A DNA stretch of 64,000 nt from Lama glama. Its lineage: Eukaryota. Position numbers and translations under genes: made by a program. The notes beneath the pieces were generated by a model. The model saw nothing but the letters and a program-made list of their open reading frames with translations. It made no database searches and was not told the origin of the DNA. Shown here one piece after another: positions 1 through 13,900 of the stretch (the stretch's first letter is position 1; the number at the start of each line of letters is the position of its first letter). The stretch is from contig CM052816.1 of NCBI GenBank assembly GCA_028534125.1, positions 45,944,001 to 46,008,000 on the forward strand. Reading direction: 5' to 3'.

Positions 1-1574
1 AAAGAAGTTTCCACACGTGCTTTGTTAGAATATTCCCTCATCTAAGGTATCTTACATTTTAGGCATAATTTTGCATACAATTCAAGGGAAAAAAACCCCA
101 AGCAATCACCCAATCAAATATACAAAAACAGTAACAACCACAACTACGAAGTAATGTCTGCCTCCATACACACTGCTGTTTTTGAATTATATAAATATCA
201 GAAGACAAGTAACTCGTATGTTCCCAAGTATCTCAGATACATCACATCCTTCTATATCAATCTCAGTTGTGAGTACTGGATCTTTAGGTGAAATAGTAGG
301 GTCAAGCCTTTTGCAATGTTTAAGCGACTGGCACAGTTCTCCTGCATGTTTTGACCACAGTGTAAAATTTCCCTACAGTGTGACAATTGACATTCTTCAC
401 AGGAGAAGCGATTACCATCTGTCATGTGACTGCTCTGAGGATAATGAGAAGCCTCGGACTTGTGGGTTGCAAAGAAATGACTTTATTCCAAGTAAAATAA
501 ATCTAAATAACACAAATGCAGTGGGAGTGTTTGCTAAATATTTCTGGAGCCTCTTAAGGAGCTTTGGGAAAAATGAATCATGTTAGTAATAATTTTTTTC
601 TCTGTCTCCTAACTCTGACAATTTAAAAATATCATACAGGCAGGACCTGCGTTTTAAACTATACCTGTACTACTAGGAGGGTGTCCTCAGGGCTTTGCCT
701 GCAGGGAGGTCACTGGGAGTCAGTGCAAATCAGTCAGGTTGCCTCACTGGCAGCAGGTTACCTCCAGGACCCTCAAGGCACAGGCAGATTTTAGAATAGC
801 AGAAACACTACCAATGTGTTGAAACAAAACAAAGTAAGATTGTTTATTATCTTCTTTAAAAGGAGGGCAAGATTTTTCTCGAAGTCTTTAACCCTCTGCT
901 CTTATCCAGCAGATGTGATCACTGAGCCAGCAGGCTGTGTCTATTCAGGGCTCATCACAGGGAGCTGTAATGGGTTGAGTTTAAAGGAAAGATAAAATCT
1001 TCACCCTGAAGTTCTACTTTCTGTCAAACCTTTTAATGTAATCTTAACATCCATTCTGTTTAATAATCTTTTGTCCAGGAGACATAAATAAAGCATAAAT
1101 ATGTGTCTGACTGCAATGAATTAGTTTCCAACATAAGGAATCCTTGCCAAGATTCTGTAGTGATCTGGTCAATGTAGATAATGTGGTGCATTAGAGCAGT
1201 AGCTGGCAGTTCATTGTTCTATGAATAGATATAGATTTAACATTTATGGGATGCTTTGAAAAGGATGGAACAAAGCAATGAGTAGCTGGCAGTCCGTGGC
1301 GGGTTTGATTTTAGTTAGTTATTTCATATCAGGTCAGTAAATCTTTTGTTAGTAGGAATAAAATTTGTACTTAAATATCAAAAAAAAATGTGCTTTTCTT
1401 TGCATGTATACTTTTGCCTAAACATTGTTAATCCTATATATAAATAACTTAAAAGTAATTAAAAGCCCTATTTTCACCCTATGCATTAATTTAATTTTTT
1501 TCTTGAGTGGAGGAAAATGTTTGCTTTGTGTTTCCCCTAGGAAAGTTAAATCATCCAAGGTTATTGAAAAGGCA

Positions 1575-1730
1575 TTGACATTGAGGCTGGGAGTTGTGTT
1601 CTAGTCTTGCTGTGGCCATTATTTGACTTTGGGCAAGTCACTTACTCTCTCAAGTTTACGGTTCCATCTTCAGTATTTGAAGATTTCAGATCCCTGATCA
1701 CCAAAATTCCTTTCAGCTCTAGAATATTAC
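1575..1730 (+). mobile_element. MIR-family SINE fragment (degenerate)
   Basis: MIR core-like 'tgactttgggcaagtcacttactctctcaagttt' and MIR3-like tail 'ttcctttcagctctagaat'. Confidence 0.6.
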
Positions 1731-2571
1731 AAAAAACATCAAGATAATGATCTTGTCTTTCACCATCCTGAGTTGGTCATGCAAAGGATTCAGGCCTGTT
1801 TACATATTGTGGCTTACATTTATTAGTGATTCTTTTATGGTACTTGGTTTTAATTAAGTTTTCAAAAATTGTCTTAATTAAGGTTTGCTTATGTTTCTTG
1901 TTGGAATTCAATAACTGATGTGAGTTGTCCCTGTCTCTGAAATGATTATTCACGTTTCTTTTTCATCTATGTCCTCTTCTCAAGGCTGAGGCTTGAGTAT
2001 CAGCAGCACAAATGTCTCTGAATAGTTCCCAAGGTAATTAGGGCCAGTCTCTGCAGCTTCTTGAACTGTTTACTTCTTCCCTCTGTTTCTCTTCTTTTTA
2101 CTTTACTCTGTCCACATTTTTTTCCTTTTCCTCTTGTACCCCGAATTCCAAACTTTTCTGATCCCTGGAGGCTTTGAGAGTACTGCTCAACAGCCAAACC
2201 AGTACTCTGATATAGGCCTGTGCTGTCAGCTGCCCTAAAGTTTTTGCGTGGAAAATGCTTGAATGAATTCTCAGCGTAGTACTTGTCACACAGCTGACAG
2301 TCAATAAACGGAGGTGTTTTCCCCTAAAGGTAGATATTCCCTATTGTTTTGAATCTCAGTTTCACAGTCAGGACTGAAGAGTAGGTGTGTGTACCAGACA
2401 CGCTTGAGACCTGTAGTGCTTATCTGTCTCTTTGTTTTGGCCACTTATTCTATGAGATACTGCTAAGGTGACCACATCTACTTGGGCTCTGACAGGTTGA
2501 ATGCAGGCATCTCTTGACTATATGTCCTCTGATGATCACATTGAGGATTTCTCAAAGTCTTGGGACTTCCT

Positions 2572-2964
2572 TGTTGATACTGAGGCATAAGGTCCCAAAA
2601 GATTCACTTGGCATTTACACAAGTACAATCTAAAAGTTCAGATGGGAGGAGGGAAGGAACAGAGGACTAAGGGCCAGAAATTTACACTCTGCAGAACAAA
2701 TCTTTGACAGATGCAGGGTGGAACTCTTTCCCTGTTCTTGACCTAAAGAGACTTTCCACTTCGGTAGTGAGTAAGTAGGATCTTCCAAGATTCAACAACC
2801 AGTTGCACTTGATAACAACTCCATAAAACATCTAATTATAAGCTCATCTGCTCCTATCTGCCTCATTCTCCTCTCTCACTCACACTTCCCTGGGTTTGCA
2901 TTCTCTAATAAAATAGTAGTACTTGAGCTTTTGTTTCAGCCTCTGCTTTCTTTAAGACTAGACA
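2572..2964 (+). mobile_element. ERVL-class solo LTR (LTR16-like)
   Basis: ~390 bp TG...CA; AATAAA near 2907 followed by LTR16-type end 'ttcagcctctgctttctttaagactagaca'. Confidence 0.55.
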
Positions 2965-3465
2965 TTGCTCAGTTTAGATAATATTTATAATCACAAAGAC
3001 TCATTCATTGTCTGATAAATTGTGATAGAGTGGAATATAGGAGAGTGGAAGATTATGGAAGTCACGTGCATTATCTAGGTAGGTCCTGCATGACTTTCTT
3101 AAATTTGATGCTCTGTGGCAGGGTAGAAATGCATTGAGATGGAATAAGCATCACATACAAGTTCATAAAGATTCTCTTTCCTATTTTGTAGTTGAGAGTC
3201 TTTCCCAAATGAGAAGGGTGCAAATACTATTGAAACCAAATCTGCTTTCCAGATTTGTTTTTAAAGATACACTCACTTTTGAATGCTGCTTATTAGCTTG
3301 ACAGAGATAGGTAGGAGGAAAAGATTTTGGAAATACAATATTGGTTATGAAAAATGGTATAGAATTAATATTGGAAGAAAATTCATATCTTTTGTCTCTC
3401 TACTCAAGAGTTTTAACTTTATATTTGCCATTCTTAGGTAAACAAGTTTTTAGAGAAGAAAGTAG

Positions 3466-4025
3466 ATATTCACATATTCAACAAAATACTTGTTGAGTGT
3501 CTGCTCTGTGCAAGATACTGTATTAGGTGCTGGAAATTTAGCAGTAAATAAGGTAATCCAGATTCCTACTTTCACAGAGCTTAGGTTCAAGAGGAGTGGA
3601 ATAGACAAAGTTAGTACACAGAAATATTCACAAGATAATTGTTGATGGTGAGAGTGCAGTGAAGATAATAGAGGGACGTAGAATGTAAATGTTGAAGGAA
3701 TCTGCTTTGAGATTAATCAGTATAGACCTCTTTGTGGAAGTGATATGAGCGCTGAATTTTTCCTAAAAGCTGGCTATGCAATACCTAGTCTGAATTTCCC
3801 AAACCAAGAGAAAGACCCACCATGATGTATGAATTAGTATAGGTCAGGAAAAGAAAGAAGCTCACGGCTTGAGGGTAGTGCCCAGAGCTGTAGAAATGGA
3901 CAGCATTTCATTTTAGGCCACATTAATGAGTTTGAGCTTATTCTGAATGCAGTGAAAAATCCGTTGAAGGTTTTTGATGACATATAAAAGAACATGTAAT
4001 CTAATTCATGGCATTCTTGCAAAAA
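3466..4025 (-). mobile_element. L2 LINE 3' fragment
   Basis: Antisense L2 tail 'attcaacaaaatacttgttgagtgtctgctctgtgcaagatactgtattaggtgctgg' followed by typical purine-rich L2 body. Confidence 0.75.
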
Positions 4026-4059
4026 TTGGATACTGATATAAAAAAAATCTATGAATGAC

Positions 4060-6228
4060 TTTTAAAAAATGACTTGATTTTTGTGGGGAGCAGATTTAGG
4101 TTCATAGCAGAACTGAGGGGAAGGAAGAGATTTCTTGTATACCCCTGGCTGACACATGCATGATCTCCTCCATTATCAACACCCCTTACTAGAGTGCTAC
4201 ATTTATTACAATTGATAATCCTGCATTGACACATCATAATAACCTGATGTTCATAGTTTACATTAAGGTTCACTCTTGGTTTTGTACCCTCTGTGGATTT
4301 GGACAAATGTATGATGATATGTATCCATCATTATGGTATCATATTTTCACTCTCCTTAGAATACTCTGTGCCCTGCCTATTAATCCATCCCACCCCCTTA
4401 ACTTCTAAGAACCACTTTTTACGTTTCTGTACTTGTGCTTTCTCCAGAAGGTCATATAGTTGGAAGTTTACAGTATGTAAACTTTTCAGGATAGCTTCTT
4501 TCAGTTAGTACTATGAATTTAAGTTTCCCCCATGTCTTTTCATGGCTTGATAGCTTATTTATTTTTGGCACTTACAAATCTTCCATTGTCTGAATGTGCC
4601 CCAGTTTATCCATTCACCTAAGGAAGCTTATCTTGGTTGCTTTCAAGTTTCAGCAGTTATGAATAAATCTGTTATTAACATCCATGTGCAAGTTTCTGTG
4701 TGGACATAAGTTTTCAACTCTTTTGGGTAAATACCAAGGAGCAGAATTGCTAGATAATGTGTTAAGATTATGTTCAGTTTTGTAAGAAACCACCAAACTG
4801 TCTTCCAAAGTGACTGTACCATTTTGCAGTCCCACCAGCAATGAATGCTAGTTCCTGTTACTGCACATGTTCACCAGCATTTGATGTTGTCAGGGCTTTG
4901 GATTTTAGCCATTCTAATAGATATATACTGGTACCTCATTACTGTTTTAATTTTCATTTCTCTGCTGACATGATGTGGAACATCTTTTCATATGCTTATT
5001 TACCATTTGTGCATCTTCTTTGGTGAGATCTAAAGACTAAGGTCTTTGATCCATTTTTTATTTGGATTGTTTGTTTTCTTATTGTTGAATTTAAGAGTTC
5101 TTTGTGTGTTTTGGATAACAGTCCTTCATCAGATATTTCTTTTCAAATATTTTCTCCCAGCCTGTGTCTTCTCTTTTTATTATCCTGACACTGTCTTTCT
5201 GAGTGCAGAAATTTTAAATTATAATGAGGTTCAGATTATCAGCTCTTCCTTTCATGAATTGTGCCTTTGTTGCTATATCTGAAAAATCATCATCAAACCC
5301 AAGATCATCGAGATTTTCTCTTGTGTTATCTCCTAGAAGTTTGTGAAAGGTATGAAGTCTGCACATGAGCAAGTCCAGTTATTCTTACATCATTTGTTGA
5401 AAAGACTATTTTTTTCCTCCACTGTATTGACTTTGTAATTTTGTCAAAGATGAATTGACTTTATGGGGGTCTATTTCTGGGATCACTATTCTCTTCCATT
5501 GATCTGTCTGTCTGTTCTTTCACCAACACCACACTGTCTTGATTATTGAAGTTGTATAGTAAGTGTTGAAGTCAGATCATGTCTGTCCTCCAACTTTGGT
5601 CTCCCTTAGTGATGGATTGACTCTTCTGGGTCTTCTGCTTCTCCATATAAGCTTTAGGATGAGTTTATTGATATCCATAAAATAATTTACTGGAATTTTA
5701 ATTGGGATTTCATTGAATCTATAGATAAAATTGAAAAGAACTGACATCTTAACAGTATTTAGTTTGCCTATCCATGACATGGAATATATCTCCATTTATT
5801 TAATTTTTCTTTTATTTCATCTATCAGTGTTTTATAGTTTTCTTCATATATATCATGTGCACATTTTGTTACATTTATAGCTAAGTATTCTAACTGAGTA
5901 TTTTTTGAGTGCTAATAGAAATGGTATTGTGTTTTTAATTTCAAATTTACTTTTTCATTGCTGGTATATAGGATAATGATTGACTTTTGTATATTGATTT
6001 TATGTCCTGCAATCTTGCTGTAATTTTATGTTTGTTCCAGAAGTTTTTTTTTGTCAGTTCTTCAGATTTCCTGCATAGACAATCATGTCAACTGTGAACA
6101 AAGTTTTATGTCTTCCTTCCCCTTTGTATACCTTTCATTTTCTCTTCTTCTTATTGTATTAGCTAGAATTTCCAGTACAGTGTTGAAAAGGAGTGATGAG
6201 AGGGGCATTCTTGTCTTGAATCTGGTCT
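4060..6228 (-). mobile_element. LINE-1, L1MC-like 3' UTR plus decayed ORF2 3' end
   Basis: L1MC-type 3' UTR ('gcattgacacatcataataacctgatgttcatagtttacattaagg'); minus-strand ORF fragments 4650-4841 and 5577-5795 (SWIGKLNTVKMSVL..IYRFNEIPIKIP) resemble L1 ORF2p; many stops and frameshifts. Confidence 0.9.
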
Positions 6229-6234
6229 TAGTGA

Positions 6235-6362
6235 TTTCTCAGCCAACCTTGATGCTATGCTATCTATGTTTGGGTTTCTTAAACTTAGGTTTATTTTTTA
6301 TTGCTTAAGCCAGTTGAGTCAGGATTTCCTATTCCTTGCAGCCAAAAGTAAACTAGCTGAGA
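6235..6362 (+). mobile_element. MaLR (MLT1-like) LTR 3' fragment
   Basis: 'ttgcttaagccagttgagtcaggatttcctattccttgcagccaaaag...ctagctga' resembles an MLT1 3' end. Confidence 0.55.
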
Positions 6363-6624
6363 AAATCCACACATATATACCACCCCACCCAAAAAAACAA
6401 AAACCCTTACAAACCAGAGATGGAGTGCAAGCAAGATGAAAATATAATTCCATAGTGCACTACATTAAAAGTACCTAAAGAGACAGTGGATTCGAGAAAT
6501 ACTTTAGGTGTCTTGTTAAATTATCATTATTGTCTCCATTTAAATGCAGTTTCCCTCCCCTGACATTCCAAAGCACCTTATTTACACTTTACCTATGCCA
6601 TTTATGTTCTGACTTGTAGTTGTA

Positions 6625-6745
6625 TATGAATTTGTCTTACGTGTCTAGCTTGTAATCTTGGAGGTCTATATTTTTACTGCTTGTACAAGTATGTACTTTT
6701 ATAGCAGTAGGAAATGAATAAACATTTATTGAATGAATAAATAAT
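6625..6745 (+). mobile_element. L2 3' end fragment
   Basis: Ends in L2 tail 'taaacatttattgaatgaataaat'. Confidence 0.55.
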
Positions 6746-9354
6746 TGTATACAGGGCTTTAGGATGTCAGAAAAAGGTGAGGTTCTGGAATAGAGGCTTA
6801 TCCTACTTCATAAATACAGTTGAAATAAGTAAAAAAAAAAAGGCATCAAGAAAGAATTTGAACTATATTTTAAATGATTTATTGGAGTTTAAATAAGAAA
6901 GTAAACTAAAATTTGAAACAGACACTAAACTATGAAAGTGGTATTTCATAGAAACATTAATCTAATGGGAGAATGAAGACAGAAAAAGGGTATTTAGAGC
7001 AAAAATATATAATTGTTTAGCTGTCATGATAGGTAGAGATAAAACTGGACAGGTACTTTGGAGTCAAATTGGGAAGGACTTGAATGCTAAAGTGAAGAGT
7101 TTATCATTGCCTCTAAGAATTAAAGATGAACTAAAATTTTAAACAGATATTAATTTATATAAAAGTAGTATTTTGTAGAAATATTAATCTAACATTCTCC
7201 CTTCCTTGTCACTTGCTATATAAATATAAGGGCTTTTTTATAACTTTCTTTTATGAGTGGATGTCCTAGTTGCATACCCCAAACCACATGTTGACTGAGG
7301 AAAACTGTTTTGACCTAGATGTTTTATGAATATATAATATTGCTAATGAATATACATGGTCATAGGATTCAGTATAGCAGAGTTCAAATAACTATATCCT
7401 TTATGACTCTGCTCCTCCTCTTTGCCTTTGTCTTTCCTACTGCAGCCCCCTTCTCATTCCAGGCCACTCTTGCTGTCCCCACTGGATGAGAGTGAGGGTT
7501 TTTCCTTCTGTGGTGTGAATAGAGCTAACCTATACCTGTGGCTGTACACAGAGCAAGGAGATTTAAAATCTGTGGAGTGCTAGTGGAAGAAAGATAACTA
7601 AAAAGAGCAGCAATATTATAGAAGTATGGGCATTGAGCATTTTTACTGTTGCTACAATGTTTAATAAGGAATTTGGAAAAAATCAGGGCAGTATAGAAAG
7701 TATTTAAAATGTGGACTTTTCCAGTGTAGTTCTTGTGGAATTAAGTGACATTAAAGCATGTTCTGTGGTGGTTGGTAGACTAAGCAATGTAGTCTGGTCA
7801 CAAGCCCAAGAATACCTAGGCATAGTCCCAAGAGAAGTTTGTAATCAAATGCAGCTCGCAGACAGAGTTTCAAATCTTACATGATTTTCATAATGAATGT
7901 TTTGGATTACCACAGTATGTTTTCCAATGCTCATTTTCATTTAGATGGTGGGTGGGGGGAGTATTTCAAGAATCCATGCTTTATATTTTTTATTTCAATT
8001 CCTTAAGGTACCCAGAATTTCCTTGCCAGAAGGATCCATGTAAAAACTAGAATCTATCTTGAAATTCAACTAAAGATTGCATCCCTAAATTGTTTCAAAA
8101 AAATTGAAAGCTGAGCATATTGTAATCCTCAGAGCTGTCCGTAGACAGACAATATTGCAGAAGTTTTTGCCCATGTGTCTTTGTTTTGCAAATGAATATG
8201 CAACATTACATTAGAGCAACAAAAAGATTAATCTTGGAATTGGAGAATCCTACAAATGCTGAATTGAAAAACAAGTTAGTTAACCTTAGAGAAAGAGAAA
8301 AGAAGCATCTAGTAAATTTATTAATGCCTCAAATTTTATTGTGGTTTTTCCATTGACAGTCAAGGGAAAGGGGAAGGAACTAGAGACTGTGTGTAGTATT
8401 AATGCTGTTTTAAATGAATGTCTATTGTTGTTCCTGTAAATACCATATAATAAAGCTAAATTATTCAAATATTACTTAGAAATATATTCTTATAAAAGGC
8501 ACCAGGCACATAGCCAATATCATTGCAAAACAAAGAGGCAACAAGAAATAAAACTGTACCATTTATAGAAACCATGGCTTAGCATACCTCTCATGACTAG
8601 AATTGTTAGAATTCTGGTGTAAAAACTGGTAGAATTGTTCTTTGCATTCTCATGCAGATATTGCAAGGAAAATATCTTCTTGTTTAATACGGTATTAAGG
8701 ATAATCTGTAGAAAAGTTCATTGTAAATCCTTGGGTGAATCTATTTTTCTCTCTTTCAAAGTTGTAGTTTTAACAGCTTCTGGTTTTCTTCCTGATCAGT
8801 TGATACACGTTGGGCCTTGATTTAAATAATAGAAAGTCATGATTGAATTTTCTACAAAGTTGAAGACTAACAGTGTCTGCAAAGAGACTTGAAAAATCAA
8901 AGTAAAAACATTTCTTCACTTCGTAATTTAGTTTTATATGTTTCAATTAAATGTTTCTCCATTACACCAGATAGTTTAGTAAAGACATCTTTTAATAAAT
9001 AAGTTATATCTTATTGAAGATGGTTGGTCAGTTGATAGCTTCACCTTCACAGCTTAGTAAAGAAAACCATTATAGTCTGCTTAGTGGTGTCAGATGGCTG
9101 ATGGCAGATATGGTTGGACTAAAAAGTGACTTCTGTCCTTTCCACACTCCATGCGTGAGTTCAGTTGGTTATAAAGTGTGTCTCTCACTTCTCCCTTTTA
9201 CTTCCCTCCTCTCATCTTATTTCCTTGTCCCTTTAGTATTACTACCTCTGTAATGATGTTTTAGATAATGAAGTGTGCTACTGAAATTTATTTTTGTTTA
9301 ATAGAGGTTTCTTCTGTAATTTATTCAACTTTCCAATATGATTTCACTATATGC

Positions 9355-9480
9355 CTTAGCCCATTATAATGAGAAACTGGCATACAGAGAAGTTCAATGT
9401 TTTAGTTCCAGAATTACTGACCACATATGACCAGAATTCAGTTCTCTCACTTTTTAACATGGCCCTTTTTCTGTGGTGCT
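9355..9480 (-). mobile_element. MIR fragment
   Basis: 'cccattataatgagaaactggcatacagagaagtt' resembles the antisense MIR core. Confidence 0.5.
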
Positions 9481-11059
9481 GCCCAGTCTTCAATCAAATG
9501 ATATAAATATGGTTTGTTGGAAATAGTTCTTTCCAGAAAAGGGCCTCAGGTTCAGCTCTATCTGTGGTCCACCGTGGCCACTCTTTTCATGTTATTCCCA
9601 AAACGCTTTGAGGCAAAACAGTATCAATTGTGGCATTGAAGACATAGCCGAATGATTGTGAATTTGAGGCTGTTCCTCCCAGGTCTAAGAAAGCCTCTTT
9701 GTAACTGGCCTAGACTTTGCTTTCTGTCCTTTTAGCAAGGCCTTTCTTCAGAGTCATTAAATTCTAAGTAAGCTGGTTGAGAAATTTAAAGAGGAAATGA
9801 CTGTCAGGCTGTATGTTTTAAAACATAATGCTTATATATTTGATATAAGCATAGATATGATTAAGAATTACATTGCTCAGAATTGTGTACTATTGTTACT
9901 TGTTATAGCATTTAATGTAAATGTGTTTAGTAAAACTTTTTATATTTTTCAAATTGGAGATATTAAATGGCTTTAGAATATTTTCATTTTTATCAATTTT
10001 GTTGAACATTTTAGAAATAAATCCAGGTTCAACTGAATGAATTCAAGATGTGTTGTTTAGTTCCTATTATAAACATTACTTCAAAGTTAAAAAATTCTCC
10101 AGCTAATATCTGTAAATTCTTTGGGATTTACTAAAGTGTATTTGCTAGTCTTTTCATATCTCCTTAGCTTATTTCTCAAAGAGAAATCAAATAAGGGAAA
10201 AAAAACTCCAAGAAGAATTTTGTCGTAGTGAAAAAAATATACCACTATAACTTTGTTTCTTCTGCATGATTTACTGGTTTTTTAGAGTATTATTTTGTGA
10301 TTTTTTTTTTTATTTTTTGGTAACTCTGTTCAGTTTTGAATTGAACTCCATTCATATTTGAATTATGTTGTTATGGTTGTTTGTATGCTTGAGAATGATT
10401 TTTAACTAACTCTCAAGTAGTATTTTTTAAATAGAGTTGTTCACCAGTTTTCTTATAGATATAATGAAGGTCATTTGAAAAATAATATCTATAGTGCTTG
10501 TATGACTAATCCTTAGTTCTGCTGCTTATTTTTCTTTCTCAGTTGGCTAGTAAGCTGGAGATCTGTGATGGATTGCCTTTAGGCATAAAATTGTGAATAT
10601 CTATCTATTTATTACTTATCTCCTAAAGAATCTGCAAATGATAGCTATTAATAGACTTAAAAAATTAGTCACTTGTGAATGGAATTTCCATCTTTCTAAC
10701 TTTAACCTAAATTCCTACAGAGCATTTGGGGAAAAGTACAAATCTCACTTTGTCTGAAAACAAGCACTCTGTGGGCCAAAATTTTCTGCTTTCTTTAACT
10801 GGCAAGTTATTTGATGGCTAGTAAACTGATTTCTCTCTAAGCCTTTTCTCCTTTTGGGCAGAAAACTTTCTGAAATACTGAAGCAAATGATGATTTCTTT
10901 TAATTACTAAAAAGGCTTATTTTGACTTTTCTTTAATTTTTCAACCCTCAAATGTATAAGTGTAAACTTACACATATGTATAATATACACTTGTTATCTT
11001 TTTCTTTTCCTCTTCATCTTTAAAATGGAGTTTATATATCAGAAGCCTTATACTTCCCA

Positions 11060-12800
11060 TCGTGAAGTGGAATTAGGAATTGAGAAACAGAAATTCTATA
11101 GTTATCTAAACAATATTGGCAGATAAACAAGGATTACCATGTTAGACTCTGACATGAAGTACAGAAACCATAACAAAACAATTGGAAGATGAGAGAGGGA
11201 AAATATGTGAGGAACAAAAAACTTAAAAAAAAAGAAAGAAAAAGAAGAAATATTTTAACCACGAAACAAGAACAGGTTACTACAAAAACGGACGTATAGA
11301 GAGCAGAAAAAATAGTTGAAAATTAAAAACTTGGTAAAAAATGTATTAATAAAGAGTTGGAATAATGAAATTGAGAAAATCTCCCAGAAAGTAGAGCAAA
11401 ATGTCAAAAATATTGAAAACGAGAGAAAAGAAATTTAGAAGACCAGCCCAGTAGGTCCAATATCTTAAAAATAGGAATCCCATAGAAAATAGAAAAAACA
11501 AGGAAGTAAAACATTCATTATTTTCTTGGAATAAACCAAGATTTTCCTCAGATCGCATTAGTCCTTGAGTTTGTTTTTTGTTGTTGTTGTTTGTTTTTTG
11601 TTTTTGTTTTTAATAAAGATGGAAAGCAGACTCAAACCAAAGCACACCATCACAAAAATTCATAACTATGGGGACAAAAGAAAAAAAATAGTATTTATTT
11701 CCAGGGAGAAGGGAAAAAATAATGGTTTACTAATAAACACGTTTAGAATACATCTGGAATTTTCAAGAGTAACATTGAAAGCTAAAGGGCAGTAAAGAAT
11801 TGTCTTCCGCAAAATTCTGAAGAGAAATAATTTCCAATTAGAAGTGTATACTTAGCCAAGCTATCAGTGATGGGAAAATCATAGATATTTTCAACCATTT
11901 ACCAATCAAAGGAGTGAACAAAAATAATGAATACATGGGATTTGCAGAATTGATGATTCAACATGGAAAGGTAGAGAAAGGAAGCCTCAGAATAAGAGCC
12001 ATGTACTGCTTGTATAGGGAACTCAGAAGGTCTCAGAAGGCTTCATGAAAACTTCCTTTTTAAGCAGTTGAAATTAAGAGAGGAGATTTAGTAATTGATA
12101 AAGAGAGGGGATTGAGTTAGTTATGAATGTAAAGAGAACCAAGCAAATGAATAAAGCAAGAAATATGTGATAAATATAGGGTAAACTATAGAAAGAAAAA
12201 ACCAATCATAAATAGTTTATTATGTGGCTCAGCTTTGAGTGAAATTTATTGTCATGATTACATACTCTGAATATTAATCCAAATAAGTTGCAATATAACT
12301 ATTAGAGATGATATGGGACCTGGTAGAATGGTTCTGAGTTTAGGGGTTGAGGGGGTGGGAGGAAAGAACTCTAAATGCTCATCTTGTGCAGTGTAGGTAA
12401 ATAAATGATACTTACAACCCATATTTAAAAAAGCCCCCCAAATCGTGTTACTTGGAGATGTAGTGAGTTATACCAAAATAATCAGCTAAAAAGTACAAAT
12501 AAAAGCATGTTAGAGATGTAATCCCATGTAATCAGGGATAAAAATTGTTGCCATGAAGAGGGGAAAATGTGGGAGTACCAGTGGGGATATGCTGGATTGA
12601 TGGTTTGATTTTTATTGAAGTATAGTTGATTTACAATGTTTCAGGTGTACAGTAAAGTGATTCAGTTATACATGTATGTATGTATGTGTATATATATATA
12701 TATAAAGATCTGCTATTTTTCGTAATGACCTTTGTAGAACCATTTGACTTTTAAACTCTTTTGAATTGTATATTTTATTAAAATTAAAAAAAGAAAAAAT
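11060..12800 (+). mobile_element. HAL1 / old L1 ORF1-like element (decayed)
   Basis: A-rich ORF1-like segment ('gaagaccagcccagtaggtccaatatc...ataggaatccca', similar to EDxxRRxNIxIIGIPE) and HAL1-like 3' end 'tttgtagaaccatttgactttttaaact' before an A-rich tail. Confidence 0.65.
12608..12705 (-). mobile_element. Short cetartiodactyl-type L1 3' tail inside the HAL1-like element
   Basis: 'ttttattgaagtatagttgatttacaatgtttcaggtgtacagtaaagtgattcagttatacat' plus (TA)n; antisense homologue of the L1 tail at 31810-31880. Confidence 0.75.
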
Positions 12801-13399
12801 AGTAAAACTGAACAAAAATTAACTACTGAACCACATACATTGAAAGATATTCTTAAAGCTCACAGCTAAACCAAAAAAAAAAAATCAGATACACATAGAG
12901 ATCTCAACCAGTTGAAAACTGTAACATGTTGCTTATCTGCTTACTAAAGGGCTTTATTATATTTTATGTACTTATATTTGAATTTAGATAGCATTTTATA
13001 GTCTTCTTTAATTTTTTTTCTTATTTACTTCCAATATATACAGCAAGATCAACATGTATTCTTGTAAACCACCTTAAAATTTTCTGGAAGCAAGGAATGA
13101 TATAAGTAAATAATACTGACATTAGAGAAATTGAGGATTAAAAACTAACACATAGGAAACAAAGGGAGGGAAATGAGATGACCGTACCAACAACTAAAAT
13201 AGGGAACTGGGAAAGGGAAAAATAATTACCTGAGTCAATGGCACGTGATCTAAAATTATTTAATGAATGGTTTAAATGACATTATATGGTCACCTGTCTG
13301 TTTTCAGTTGTGTCAGTCACAAATATAACATGCTCTTCCTTATGAAGATAAGTGAATTTGTGTATAAGGTAATTACTCCATTTAAGAATTACAAAATAA

Positions 13400-13900
13400 C
13401 AAGGCAGAAAGCACAATTGTAGCATAAGTGAAGGGGACAGTAGAAGGAAATACTTCATGCATTTTGTAAGAAAAGTGGATATTTTAAGGAGAGCTGTATT
13501 TGAGATGGTTTAAGGATGAGAGTGATTTCTGGTTGGGGGAATCAGGAAATTTGGATGAAACTCATCAAATTGGAGTTGAAGGCACATCATGGCAGGTCAT
13601 GGAAAATAATGTAAGTGAGAAAAGTGATATAGGTAGGACCAAATTATTGAAGATTATGAATTTTAATATAATATGCACAAGATGTTATTATAAGTTCTGG
13701 AAATGCACGACTAAAAAGATTTTCAAGAAGACTAGTTTTGCAAATAGGGATAAGAAAAATCAGAAGGGGAAGAGTCTGGTGGCAATAAGATCAGTTGTAG
13801 ATTGATTATATTTATGAATTGATTAAAGTCTTCATTAGAGTGGAACTGGAGGGTTGGGTGTAATGAAACATATTTGAGAATTTGTGATATTATTTATATT
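13400..13900 (-). mobile_element. L2 fragment (highly diverged)
   Basis: Purine-rich, L2-body-like sequence; no diagnostic terminus. Confidence 0.4.

Noticed and set aside
1198..1293. 13-bp direct repeat AGTAGCTGGCAGT (1198 and 1281)
   Set aside because: Only two short copies with an unrelated spacer; not an array, CRISPR or an obvious TSD-flanked element.
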